The notes under the pieces were generated by a model. It saw only the letters and a program-made list of their open reading frames with translations, was not told the DNA's origin and did no database searches. The translations under genes were made by a program, and so were the position numbers. A stretch of DNA of 63,823 nucleotides, the filler included, from Welwitschia mirabilis (Eukaryota): assembly GCA_051453625.1 (NCBI GenBank). It is 5 parts of one record of this genome, joined end to end, with 100 filler letters (N's around TTAATTAATTAA, not from the genome) between each part and the next. Parts side by side here need not be neighbours in the genome. Positions count along the whole stretch, not along the records: positions 1 to 21,669 come from JBOZIK010000001.1; positions 21,770 to 53,573 come from JBOZIK010000001.1; 3 more parts are not named here. One strand, given 5' to 3'. Positions 12,436 through 24,099 of the stretch are shown piece by piece; positions within the stretch are counted from its first letter, which is position 1, and the number at the start of each line of letters is the position of its first letter.

Positions 12436-14906
12436 TAATTAAGTAATTCAAACATCACATTCCATTCTATATAAAATGTATAAAAACTTTGAATCACAAG
12501 ATAAGGCTCAAAAAGCTAGATTCCTTAAATTGACAAGCAAATAGTTTGACTTTATCAAGATTTTCACTAAATTTCGACATTGGATTTGAAAGATATATAT
12601 TTACTTATTATGAAATGAATTGTAAATTCATTCAAACATATAATAAAGTCCTAAATCAAAAAGTAATTGATAAAAATCAACAAGTAAACATTTATGAAAT
12701 CAAAGTGACAATTAATTTCAAGCTATTTTGACTAAAAGAAAGAGGAAAAAGAAAGAAGAGAGAGAAAATTCAGAAAATAGACTTAAAAAATCTCAAAACA
12801 TTCAAATTACTTAGAATATATCATAAAATAAGTTTTTAGAATCATACACTCAAGGTTAAGTAGAATCGATCAAAACCAATAGAAACAGTTCATCTAGGGA
12901 AAAAAGCAAAAATTGTAGTCAACCTACTTTGACTAACAATATTAAAAAAACTTTAAAAATTGTGCAAAAATGGACTTCACACTCAAAATATACTCAACAA
13001 ATAATAAAGGATAGAATCTTGAATTTTGGAAAACACATTAATAATGATAGAGAAATTCACTATGCAAAATCAAGAAAACTAAGATTTCACAGTTTAGAAA
13101 TTTTTTTAAGTAAAACTGCAACTAAGACTAAAAATGACTAAAAAAGGGGTTCTAACTAATTGAGGATGAATGTTTTTAAACAATAACAGGAATCTACTAA
13201 CAAAATTATAGAGTCATTAGGGTTACAAAAAATGCATGATGGTCAAACCAAGCATTAAAATTCACTAGTCTACTACTTTGATTTTGAGAAAGAAGTGAGA
13301 AGAATTCATGCAAAAATAGATAAATCTAATTTTATATCAATGTAAAGAACATATTTAAAAACTAATCTACTACTATTGGAAAGGATAAAATAGAAATTCA
13401 TCATTATTTTCCTTAGACGAAAGGTAGAATCATGAGAAAATGAACTAGAAAATAAGAAAAATGAAGGAAAGAAGAAAGAAGAGGAATAAAACACATCATT
13501 CCTTTGATATAGAATCACCAACCATGCAAAATTCTTAATTGCCATAATAGGTACTAAATGTATAACAATCTAATTAGCAGTACTTGTGCAACATGCTATC
13601 AAAAGTCTTAATAAAATTGAAAGAAAATCAGGACACAAATGCATAAATCAAGTAATCAAATGCATAAAAAATATAAGGAAAATAACACTGATTGGTATCC
13701 GATGAATGCACATCCCTTTTTATTAGTCTTTAATCCAATTGCTTACAACATTTAATGCCTTCTCCTCCTCTCACACTGGCCATTCATGTGAACTTCACCA
13801 CCTTTGTAATGCCCTTTGAATGGATGGAAATGGGAGATAAGATGATGGAAAATGGGATATGAAATTGTCTAGGAGGATAAAAATGGATTTGGATGATATA
13901 AAAAAATATGAATGAAGAATGTAGAAGGCCTTTAAAGGTGATATAGAGAGAAGATTAACTTGGAAGTGAAGAAATGTGATAGAAAATCTTCTTCTAGTGC
14001 TTGAGAATGGCTAAAATGGCATAAAAATGGTATAATTATGTTATTATTTTGGTTTGAATACTGAGGGAAGTCTTTGTAGGCTCATTTGGATTAGTTGCAA
14101 GTCAGGGTCGGATATGATTCATTTCTCATTTGATAAAACTATCATATGACATTACAACATCATTTTACTCTTGGAATGAGTGCTGCTATGCCATAGGTAG
14201 TTTTACAAATAACTACCAAAAATACCAAACATAAACTTAATCTAATTTTACCTTTTACGGCTTACAACACATGAATTCATCAAATTAGACTAAAAAATGA
14301 CTATCTAGCACGAGGTGCTGCTGTTCTCGGTGGGAAGTNNNNNNNNNNNNNNNNNNNNNNNNNNNNNNNNNNNNNNNNNNNNNNNNNNNNNNNNNNNNNN
14401 NNNNNNNNNNNNNNNNNNNNNNNNNNNNNNNNNNNNNNNNNNNNNNNNNNNNNNNNNNNNNNNNNNNNNNNNNNNNNNNNNNNNNNNNNNNNNNNNNNNN
14501 NNNNNNNNNNNNNNNNNNNNNNNNNNNNNNNNNNNNNNNNNNNNNNNNNNNNNNNNNNNNNNNNNNNNNNNNNNNNNNNNNNNNNNNNNNNNNNNNNNNN
14601 NNNNNNNNNNNNNNNNNNNNNNNNNNNNNNNNNNNNNNNNNNNNNNNNNNNNNNNNNNNNNNNNNNNNNNNNNNNNNNNNNNNNNNNNNNNNNNNNNNNN
14701 NNNNNNNNNNNNNNNNNNNNNNNNNNNNNNATTTCCTGATCACAAGCATCACAAAGAGCCTCAAATTGGATCATAATGTATCATTTTGAGCTCATTGAAT
14801 GCCCAAGATCCCTGTCACTCAAAAAGAGCAAAGTATCAAGGTTGATCAAGTAATGCAAAATAGTGACTATTAATACCTTATTTTATCAAAAATTCGGGCC
14901 TCGTCA
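12436..14906 (-). mobile_element. 5' part of LTR 'A' of element 0 (LTR ~3 kb in total including a 392-nt gap)
   Basis: The minus strand starts TGACGAGGCCC at 14906, and rc(14731-14906) aligns with 19390-19580. 13730-13900 aligns inverted with 20930-21070. 13300-13680 aligns with 46900-47160 and inverted with 43580-43950. Confidence 0.75.
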
Positions 14907-17150
14907 ATGATCTATTTGGTGTTCATCCTTCTATTTGTTTACATAATATCTATTTATAATCTAATACAAAACTTGTTTGTCAATCTTAGTATAGGTTAAT
15001 TCCAAACTTAGAAATACCATTAAAGAAAAATCATAAAACTTTAGAAAGCTGACATCATTTACCCTATTACAGATAGTGAATCTGTTTACACAATATCAAA
15101 TAATGTGTCATTTAACATTTATTTTGAGTTAGTGTATTAATTATAATCTTAAACTAAATTGATAAAAAAAAGTTATTTCATAGTCATTAGAGGCATTTTT
15201 CTAAGTCATATTATTTCTAAGAAAGGAATAGAAAAGGATCTTATAAAGATTAGTGTCATTAGTATACCTACCTTTACTTGTTAAAATATACAAGATCCTT
15301 ATTAGGAGTTACTACTTTTTATAGTTGTTTCATTCCAATTTTTAGCTCTATTAGTAAATCTTTGATCAAATTATTTCTTAAAGATGCATCTTTTTCTTAG
15401 ACACTTGGTTGTGATACTGCATTTCAAAAACTTAAATAACTTTTGTTATCTTCACCTATTGTTTAAGCTTCTAATTAGTATTTATCCTTTGAGATGATGA
15501 TTAATGCAAGTAATTTCATAGTAAGGGTAGTTTTAGGTCAAATTTTTAATCATAAATCCTATCTTATTTTTATGATAGCAAAATGTTGCATAATGTAGAA
15601 CTCAATTATTCAACTACTAAAGGAGATGTTAGTTATTATCTTTACCCTTGGAAAATCTTGCCACTCTTTTATTGATTACTGTATAATTGTCTTTACTAAT
15701 CATTTACCTTAAAATAAATTCTAAATAATCCCTTAACTAAACCATGTCTTATGCATTAGGCTTTACTTATAAAAGAATTTGTTATTACCATTAAGGATAA
15801 AGTACAAGAGGAAAATCGTATTAGTAATCATTTATCTCCTCTTCTCTTATTTGTTTTTTTAACTACTATTAATGAAATTTTTCTATATAAAAATTTATTT
15901 GCTATTAATGGTTTTCTTTGATATGCTAATATCACAAATTTTAAATCTTATAGTGAGTTCCCTAGAAACATGTCTTGTTACAAGTAAAAGAAAACTTTGT
16001 TTCAACAATGTAAATTCTTATGGAAGCCATTACTATTATTTAAATATTATGTTAACTAAGTCTTTAAAGGCATGTATGTGAGAATAGCATGTTTAGTATC
16101 TTAGAATTTTTCCATAATGATGTGTGTGATGGTTATTTCACTGGGGGTAAAAACATGGCTAAAGTCTTAAATGATAGCTTTTCTTAGTCTACCCTTTTAA
16201 GAGATGCTAATGAATTTTGTAGATCTTATGATAAATGTTGATGGACATACAATATTGGTAAAAGAAATGAAAATACTTGTTAGATCTATTACTATTTGTA
16301 AACCTTTTAATGTTTAGGATACATATTTTGTTGGACCATTCCCACTGATAATTTTGATATTGTTTTTTAATTTTTTGTGGATTATGTTACTAAATAAATA
16401 GAAGCTAAAGGTTTAGACATGCAATGCCAAGTCTCTTATTAGATTCTTAATAGATCAAGTGATATTCTGTTTTGATCATATGAAAGTAATTATTAGTAAT
16501 CAAGGAACTAATTTCTATATTTGTAAACCTTATGCTAAAATGTGAAACCACTCATAAAGTTTCTACTACTTACGATCCTCAAACTAATGGCCAAGTAAAA
16601 GTAACAAACTATAAGCTTATTAGAATTTTTTTAAGAAAAGGGTTAGCGAAAATAAAAAATATTGGTCATTAAAATTTTTTGATACATTATGGGCTTATTG
16701 TATAAGACACCCATTGGCATGACCCCCCTATAAGCTTATTTTTAATAAATCATGCTTTTAACCTTTTGAGGTAGAACATTAATATTTTGATATTGTTTAC
16801 AAAATTAATATTAGTTATGAAAAATTAGTAAAGAATAGAATGAGTCAATTCAATAAACTAGATGAAATTAAATTAAATATTTATAATAACCAATTTCTTG
16901 CTAAAAAATAAAAGAAATATTATCATGATTTAATCATTCTTGGAAAAAAATTTCAAGTAGGTGATAAAGTTTCTCTTTTGAGTTCATGTTTTTATTTTTT
17001 TTAAAAGAAAATTAGAATATAAATGGAAAGAACCCAATGATGTTATTCATGTCTTTCCTTTCAGAATAGTTGACATTCAAGATTCAAAAATTAGTGAAAT
17101 TCAAAAAGTAAATAGATCTAAACTAAGATTATTCATTGATCAAAATTTAA
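14907..17150 (+). pseudogene. pol: Heavily decayed Athila-like pol (RT with internal deletion, RNase H, integrase) of 'element 3'
   Basis: IIYPITDSE; SPIV*ASN*YLSFEMMINASNFIVRVVLGQ (= SPIVQAPNW..PFEMMCDASD.AVG.VLGQ); FVGPFP; DYVTK*IEAK; STTYDPQTNGQVKVTN; KVNRSKLRLF near 17110. Confidence 0.85.
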
Positions 17151-17699
17151 ATGAAGTTGAGATTTATTTTGATTTATTTTTTGGGTGTAAATATGAAAAA
17201 AAAGAGTCTTACAAACAAAAATATCTCAAAATTTTCCTATTCTTGCTTTTCATTTTAATAAAGACTCAAAATTCTTGGTGCTTTTTCGAGGATAAAATAA
17301 AAGTTATGAGTCTCATTTGATTGCATTTAAGAGGGTTATGAGCTTTTGAGAAGACCTATTCCTATTTGTTTTTAAAAATTTATCAACAAAAAAAAACTCA
17401 TTTTTATTCTTAAGTTTTCTTTTTCTTTCAATAAATTTAGAATAAGCTAATTTTTTGTCTTAAAACCTAGTTTTCATCCTATTTAAAGGACATAATTAAT
17501 TATTACCTAGGTTATAAAATACCTCTAAGATTAATTTTTCTAGTACTTTATCATTTATTGTTGTAACACTGAAGTCATATATAATTTGATACTATAGCAT
17601 TAATGTAGTAAATAAAATAGGGCTTTCTTTCTATAAAAACCTTTTTAAACCTCATTTCTAATCTATGTTTCATGAGAACTAGGCTATGAAATCACATGG

Positions 17700-18750
17700 A
17701 AATCTTGAAGTTAAAGACTGAAGATCTACTAAAATGGTGGTGAGTGCTACTCAATTATTTTCTTTTTTTAAGCTTTATTTATAATTTCTCATTTAAAATT
17801 TTATTATGGAAGTTATTTTTCTCTCTGATCTTTGATGTATTTTCTTGAAGATGATGAATCAGTTAGGATTGAATAGGTGATTAGCTAATTGATCTTGACT
17901 ATGCTTCTTATATTAGTAACACTGTAGTTAATTTTTACTAAAGCCTTCCTTATGATAAAGATGAAAACATATGGGAATCTATTATGGATGATCTTACTAT
18001 TCATTAATCCCCTAGAATTGTAGCCAACGCCTTAGATATATATTTTACAATAGTAACTAGGAATTGATGGACCCACATTCTTTTTTAGATAGGTTTTGCT
18101 TTATGCTGATGGTTTTATTATTAATCATCTTAGGATATCTAACGTATCTCTTTTCCATTACAGTATGTCCAATATTATAAATACTATACATACATCCCAT
18201 GCCTTTCTTAATGTTTTATAAATGCTTTAGTTATTTAGAAAAGATTATTCTCCTTATGCTCCTTATCTCATATTTAATCAACTTTGTCATATTTGTTTTT
18301 CTTAATGTTTTATTACCATTCCTTTAACCTTTATAATTTAGAAGATTATTACTCATTAACATCTTGAGATTTGTATGCTTGGTCATATTCATTACTATTT
18401 CCATTTCTCTACTAATTCCAAATAGCTTAAAGAGATAGAGAAATTTTATGAGCATGAGACTTAGTAGCGTAGATCTTAGCTCAAGTAGCACAGTTTCTCC
18501 TTAGCTCAGGTTGATAAATACTTAGATAAGATTGAGATGAGATGTAGAGGTGGTCTCGTTCTTTCATAGCTTAACTTCTTATTTTCATTCTATGATGTGG
18601 TTCTTCTCTCATAAACATTGATCAAGATGAGATTGGTAAGTAGCTTAGCATGGTCTTTAGCATTTTACGATTGCTGTGGAGCATGAATACCATTGTGGAG
18701 ATGATAGTAGACCTTCTTCTCCTCATAATTTTCTTACTCCTTAGCTTATA
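17700..18750 (+). pseudogene. Probable relic of the Athila extra (env-like/ORF2) reading frame of element 3
   Basis: Lies between integrase and PPT. The fragment YASYISNTVVNFY*SL...IMDDLTIH.SPRIVANAL resembles the Y..LV.EFYA...I..I..AL pattern of Athila-type extra ORFs. Badly broken. Confidence 0.4.
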
Positions 18751-19380
18751 TATATTTATATCAAAGTAAAACTATTTTTTCGTTACTTCCATCTTTATTA
18801 GTATTTTATATGTATGTGATGCTTGATCATCTTTATGTATGTCATTGTATGTTTTTCATGTGTGAAAGCTGTGCAATTTATTATCCTTTTATAACATCAT
18901 ATTATGATATGAGATTTTGACTCTGCTTTACATTATCTAGCATTTATCCCTTTTTTTTATCATTTAAAAATTTAATAAAAAATAATAAAAATTTTACTTT
19001 ACTCTTTCTTTTAGAATCATGAATGAAAGGTTGAAATATCTAATGATTCTGCATTATACTCATTATTTCCTCTTACACATGTTATTAAGCCATTTATATT
19101 TATCATGATTGCTTGTACTATGATTTTTCTATATATATTTTTTATTTATAGGAACAACCTACAAAACTAGAGCAATTAATATGAATCTATAGACATCTAG
19201 ATTAGTAGTTCATAAGGTAAGGAAAATGATGCAATTCCTCGTTATTAGGTAAAATGATAAATATCATTAGGCATTTTAATTATGATTTTAATACCACACA
19301 TTATAGATGAACATCCAGATTAATAGGAGGCTTAATCCCTTTTATCATCATCACCTACATAAGATGTATAAGAAGACTCT

Positions 19381-19388
19381 TGGGGGGC
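19381..19388 (+). promoter_or_regulatory. PPT of element 3
   Basis: TGGGGGGC directly precedes the point where homology to LTR A begins. Confidence 0.65.
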
Positions 19389-19389
19389 T

Positions 19390-20753
19390 TAATAAAGCCT
19401 AAAATTTTAATACAATAAAGCATTTAAAGTCATAATTTTTTATTATTTCAAAGAGACAAACTTCCTTATAGGTATTTTTGTACTTTTTTAGGAGATCAAA
19501 GCATTAGAGGTTTGATGACTTTAAGATGATGCATTTTGATCTATTTTGAGATGAATTGTGATGCTTGTAATCAGGATGTCAAGATCCAACATGGATATGC
19601 AAAGTATGTAGGATTACTTCAACCTATTTGTCCTAGAGACAACTCCAATTCTTTTTCCATGATCATATATCATCTATTTGATAATGTGATAATTTTAACC
19701 CATTTTGATATTAAATGCATGGTATCAAAGCATATTAAAGCCTATCTAACATTACCAGATTAGAAATTTGCATTCTAGAAGCTATAATTTAATTATTTCT
19801 AGTTATTTCTAAGTTAGATTTAATGTTTCATATAATATAAGTAATGTAATTAATTCAATTCACATTTTTAAAGTTTTGGGAGTTATCATGAAAATCACCT
19901 ATGGAAGACACAATATCATTTCCTAGCTTGTTTTGGTGCTACAGCATCATGGGATTGTTCACACTTTGAAAACATAAATTACATGTGAAAAATCAAAATT
20001 TTTGACATGTACCTTACCTAAAAAGTGACCTTACTACATTTATATGAATCCCCTGTTCAATTCTATATCATACATCTAATCTAAGTATATGCTATTAAAC
20101 TCATTTTATTTCATTTTTATGATTTATTTACATGAAAAGACGNNNNNNNNNNNNNNNNNNNNNNNNNNNNNNNNNNNNNNNNNNNNNNNNNNNNNNNNNN
20201 NNNNNNNNNNNNNNNNNNNNNNNNNNNNNNNNNNNNNNNNNNNNNNNNNNNNNNNNNNNNNNNNNNNNNNNNNNNNNNNNNNNNNNNNNNNNNNNNNNNN
20301 NNNNNNNNNNNNNNNNNNNNNNNNNNNNNNNNNNNNNNNNNNNNNNNNNNNNNNNNNNNNNNNNNNNNNNNNNNNNNNNNNNNNNNNNNNNNNNNNNNNN
20401 NNNNNNNNNNNNNNNNNNNNNNNNNNNNNNNNNNNNNNNNNNNNNNNNNNNNNNNNNNNNNNNNNNNNNNNNNNNNNNNNNNNNNNNNNNNNNNNNNNNN
20501 NNNNNNNNNNNNNNNNNNNNNNNNNNNNNNNNNNNNNNNNNNNNNNNNNNNNNNNNNNNNNNNNNNNNNNNNNNNNNNNNNNNNNNNNNNNNNNNNNNNN
20601 NNNNNNNNNNNNNNNNNNNNNNNNNNNNNNNNNNNNNNNNNNNNNNNNNNNNNNNNNNNNNNNNNNNNNNNNNNNNNNNNNNNNNNNNNNNNNNNNNNNN
20701 NNNNNNNNNNNNNNNNNNNNNNNNNNNNNNNNNNNNNNNNNNNNNNNNNNCAC

Positions 20754-20825
<72 letters not shown>

Positions 20826-21080
20826 GATTTATTCTCTTTCAAGTTGATCTATCATTTTTTTCAACTTTGAAATCCTTCTTCATTTATTATTATTAGTAAT
20901 TAGTATAAGGTATATTCATTCTCATCATTTCACATCCTCTTACATTCATTTTCCATCTCTATTTCTTCCATTTCCATCAATCTAAAGGACATTATGTGGT
21001 GGTGAAGTTTATATGACCAAATAATAAAAGAGGAGAAGGCGACATCGAATTTTGTAAGCATTTGAATTAAATATGTTATT
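19390..21080 (+). repeat. Truncated 3' LTR 'D' of element 3 (same family as LTR A)
   Basis: TAATAAAGCCT aligns with TGACGAGGCCC of LTR A; shared block TTGTGATGCTTGT(A/G)ATCAGGA. Contains gap 20143-20750. Confidence 0.7.
20757..20819. repeat. (TC)n microsatellite, ~31 units
   Basis: Directly visible next to an assembly gap. Confidence 0.97.
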
Positions 21081-21713
21081 ACCCGACATGACCCCTGGCA
21101 CATGGGGGATCCTAAACACTAGACCTCACAAAATTTTAACTCCCTAGTGGTCTTGGAACCCCTCTAGACCCATTTTCTCATCTTCCCTCACTTTCCATTT
21201 CATCTAAACAACTAGCGAATCCTTTTTCACATTTTTCTTACCCATCCTCACTCATTTTCTTTTTATTCCCCCACTTTTCTTCATTTTCCCAGTTCTTTAT
21301 CCTTTCCTTATTCTTTCCAACCCCTTTTCCCACCTCTTTTCCTCTAAGACCCCTCTAAACACCCCTTCTTCCTCTAAGCACTTAAATTCCATGCCTTGGG
21401 CATGGAATCTACTACAATTCCATGTCCATGGCATGGAAATTCACTCTTCTCCCCTCGTATTAGAAGCTAGGTAGCTCCTACACCCCTCCTCTAGCTCTAA
21501 AAACCATTGAAGATCACTTTCTTGGAACCCTACCTTCTTTGTAGCCTATTGCCAGTTAGGAACCCTTCTCCACTAGCTACCCTATAGATTCTCATCTCTC
21601 TACACTATTGCAAATCCACCATTGCCTCAACATCCACCTTAAAGTTCTAGCTATCATGATTCACAAATTNNNNNNNNNNNNNNNNNNNNNNNNNNNNNNN
21701 NNNNNNNNNNNNN

Positions 21714-21725
21714 TTAATTAATTAA
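21714..21725. other. Artificial scaffolding linker (44 N + TTAATTAATTAA + 44 N); also at 53618-53629, 60050-60061 and 62213-62224
   Basis: The same 100-nt block occurs four times, and the 12-mer puts stop codons in all six frames. Confidence 0.97.
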
Positions 21726-21782
21726 NNNNNNNNNNNNNNNNNNNNNNNNNNNNNNNNNNNNNNNNNNNNCTATTTATTCAAG

Positions 21783-23244
21783 TGTTGTGATGACAATTTG
21801 TAGGAATTTAATGGTGTATTTGAAGTACTTTTATAGGACATTTATAAAGGTTTAGATGCAATTCTGCTAATTATGGAGAGACAACAAGATGATCATGAAA
21901 AATGTAATTCTTGGCATAATTGAAGGCATTTCGGGCATGTTCTGATACTTAGCATATCGAAGGAGGACTAAAGGTAAAGAAGACTAATTTACGCTATTTA
22001 AGGAGCTTAGGAAGAGTGTCATCCTCACTGTCATCCCCACGACAGAGGGGATGATAGCTCATTAACACAGCTACACAGGAGCAACACATGAGCAATACTT
22101 GGATAGCAGTACATTGTGATGGAGCATCATCCTCTATGTTGTCTGGATGACAAGCAAGATGAAGAATGTGAGTACAACTCATAGGGCTAACAATAGCACA
22201 TGGACATGTAATCCAAGGCATCGTCCACTCTGTCATGTGGACGACTGACAGGATGATAGCATCAGTAACATATGTAGGCAATCCACAAGAGCATAGGCAT
22301 ATAACCCAAGTCGTTAAGGTGGCGTCGTCCCCTCTATCATCAGATTGCAAATAGGACAATAATTTTTTTCACTATGGCAGTCAATTTCATTATAAAGAGT
22401 GTCAAACGAGCCAGGTGGATGGCTAGGATTTTATTAACAGATATCTGGGGTTATGGTTCATTGTAAAACTATAAATACCCTTTTCTCCTTCACTTTCAAA
22501 CCATCTTTTGTACTTGATATGCTTGTGATAGAAGCTTGAAGGTAGGAGGTCCATCCAATAGCTACAGAAAAGGGTTTTCTTAGTGTTATGCTATATCTAT
22601 TCCATTGAGGAGTTGTTATTTTATTATAAGTGGATGTAATGTTCTTTTCATTAATACAAATACTCTTTCATTCCAATTCTGTGAATGTTCCTTATGCTTT
22701 AAGTTGATCATATTTAAGTGGCAGTTCTATGATTTATTTAGATCATGAGGGCAACCTTTGTTAAGGTTGACCTTGGTTAGTAGTAGGTCTTAGCATTGCA
22801 TTTCCATTTCATTTCATATGCATTTCATGTTTTACTTAGTAGATCTTATAGTTGATGTTGGTTAAGAACTAGTAAAATGCTCTTCTTAATTGATATGAAT
22901 TATAGAGAAAGTAGTCTTTGTGACAAAAAGGCTAGAAGCTAGTCCTTGTCATAGAAGGATTAGGATCTATGTAGAATCTCATTTCATTTCCACTTCTATG
23001 CACTTGCATTTTGTCTTCATTCATTTGCATTGCATTTACTTTATTATTTACTTTCATTTAGTAAAAGATAAAAGACCAAAATTACCTTTGGAAATCAATT
23101 CTCTAACTCTGAGCTTAGTGCCTTCATTGGAATTACGACATTCAGGTGAACTCCCGTCTATACTAGCATGTGTTTTTCTGCAAGTTATATGATTCACAAG
23201 TTTATCTAAAGAGCTTCAGGATTGTATAAATTCGCACTGCAATA
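21783..23244 (+). mobile_element. Solo LTR (Athila-like LTR group) nested in another LTR
   Basis: Ends TGTTGTGATGACAATTTGTA / TATAAATTCGCACTGCAATA form an imperfect terminal inverted repeat. CTATAAATACC at ~22469. Shares blocks with the element 1 LTR and the 55312 LTR. The flanks join to rebuild sequence seen uninterrupted at ~42852-42890. No clear TSD. Confidence 0.75.
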
Positions 23245-23922
23245 ATTATTTTGTTTTCTTATGTTATATTGTGCTTCTCCTTTTCATCCCTCATAAGGAA
23301 AATACTATACAATCATATTTCAAACAAGAGCAGAGAAATAGAGAGCATGTGAGTATTTATTTCAATAATAAAGAAAAGTTTATTTTTGCATTTATAGACT
23401 TGCATTCATTGAGTACCTCATGAATAATGAATAAAGTACCTAATTTTAGGCAACATATTTCTATGAAGAAAAACCTAAGCCTTAGATTTCTAGGATGAAG
23501 ATCACCCTTTAGGTGCACCCTTTCCCTTTAATTGAGCCTTATCCTATCTTACCTACTTAGCTTAGGGAGGAAACCTATTAGAACTCTTTATTTCCATGGT
23601 TAAGACCTGTCTCACCTTTTCTAGTATAGGAAGACCTTAAAGCAACTAAATGGATATAACCTTTCTAAGGGAATTCTCTCTTCTATCTATCATTTACCTT
23701 TATCCTTTATATTTTTTTTGTTTTATCCACTTTTGTTTTATGAAGGTACCCTCTAGTTATTACTTATTTCTCTAACCCATTCCTTGGTTACTCTATATCT
23801 TGAGGGAAATTATCCATAAGTACTTAATTTTTAAGCCACCCTCTAGAACAAGTCTAGCACCTTATCTTAGAAAACAAGTTGTGTTATTCTTTCAAGCTTA
23901 GGGAAGAGAATTTGCATCAACA
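23245..23922 (+). repeat. 3' portion of the 5' LTR of a Tat-type gypsy element
   Basis: Colinear with 42866-43518 (about 70% by eye); ends GCATCAACA and is followed by a PBS-like motif. Confidence 0.8.
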
Positions 23923-23931
23923 TATCTTCTC

Positions 23932-23947
23932 TGGTACTAGAAGAAGG
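23932..23947 (+). promoter_or_regulatory. PBS of the Tat-type element
   Basis: TGGTACTAGAAGAAGG is a transition-decayed TGGCGCTAGAAGGAGG, a PBS motif I recall from Tat-type elements. Confidence 0.6.
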
Positions 23948-24099
23948 TTCTCAAAGTAGTTGCACTAGCTCATCACTATTAAACACATTCTAAAACATGG
24001 CTATAGATGGAGAAAATGGAAGTTTAAAAATATTAATTTTCTTTTCCCTTTTCTTTAACCATATTCTCTTTTGAAGAATTCTCTTCAGAATCCTCCTCT

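Noticed and set aside
20089..20847. SLSLSL / ERERER repeat proteins
   Set aside because: Translations of the (TC)n microsatellite plus a gap.
21714..21725. Recurring TTAATTAATTAA palindrome as a biological motif
   Set aside because: Always centred in 44+44 Ns; it is a six-frame-stop scaffolding linker.
21994..22359. 121-aa Cys-rich minus-strand ORF
   Set aside because: Coincides with the ~100-bp LTR repeat array; most likely a chance open frame in GC-richer repeats.
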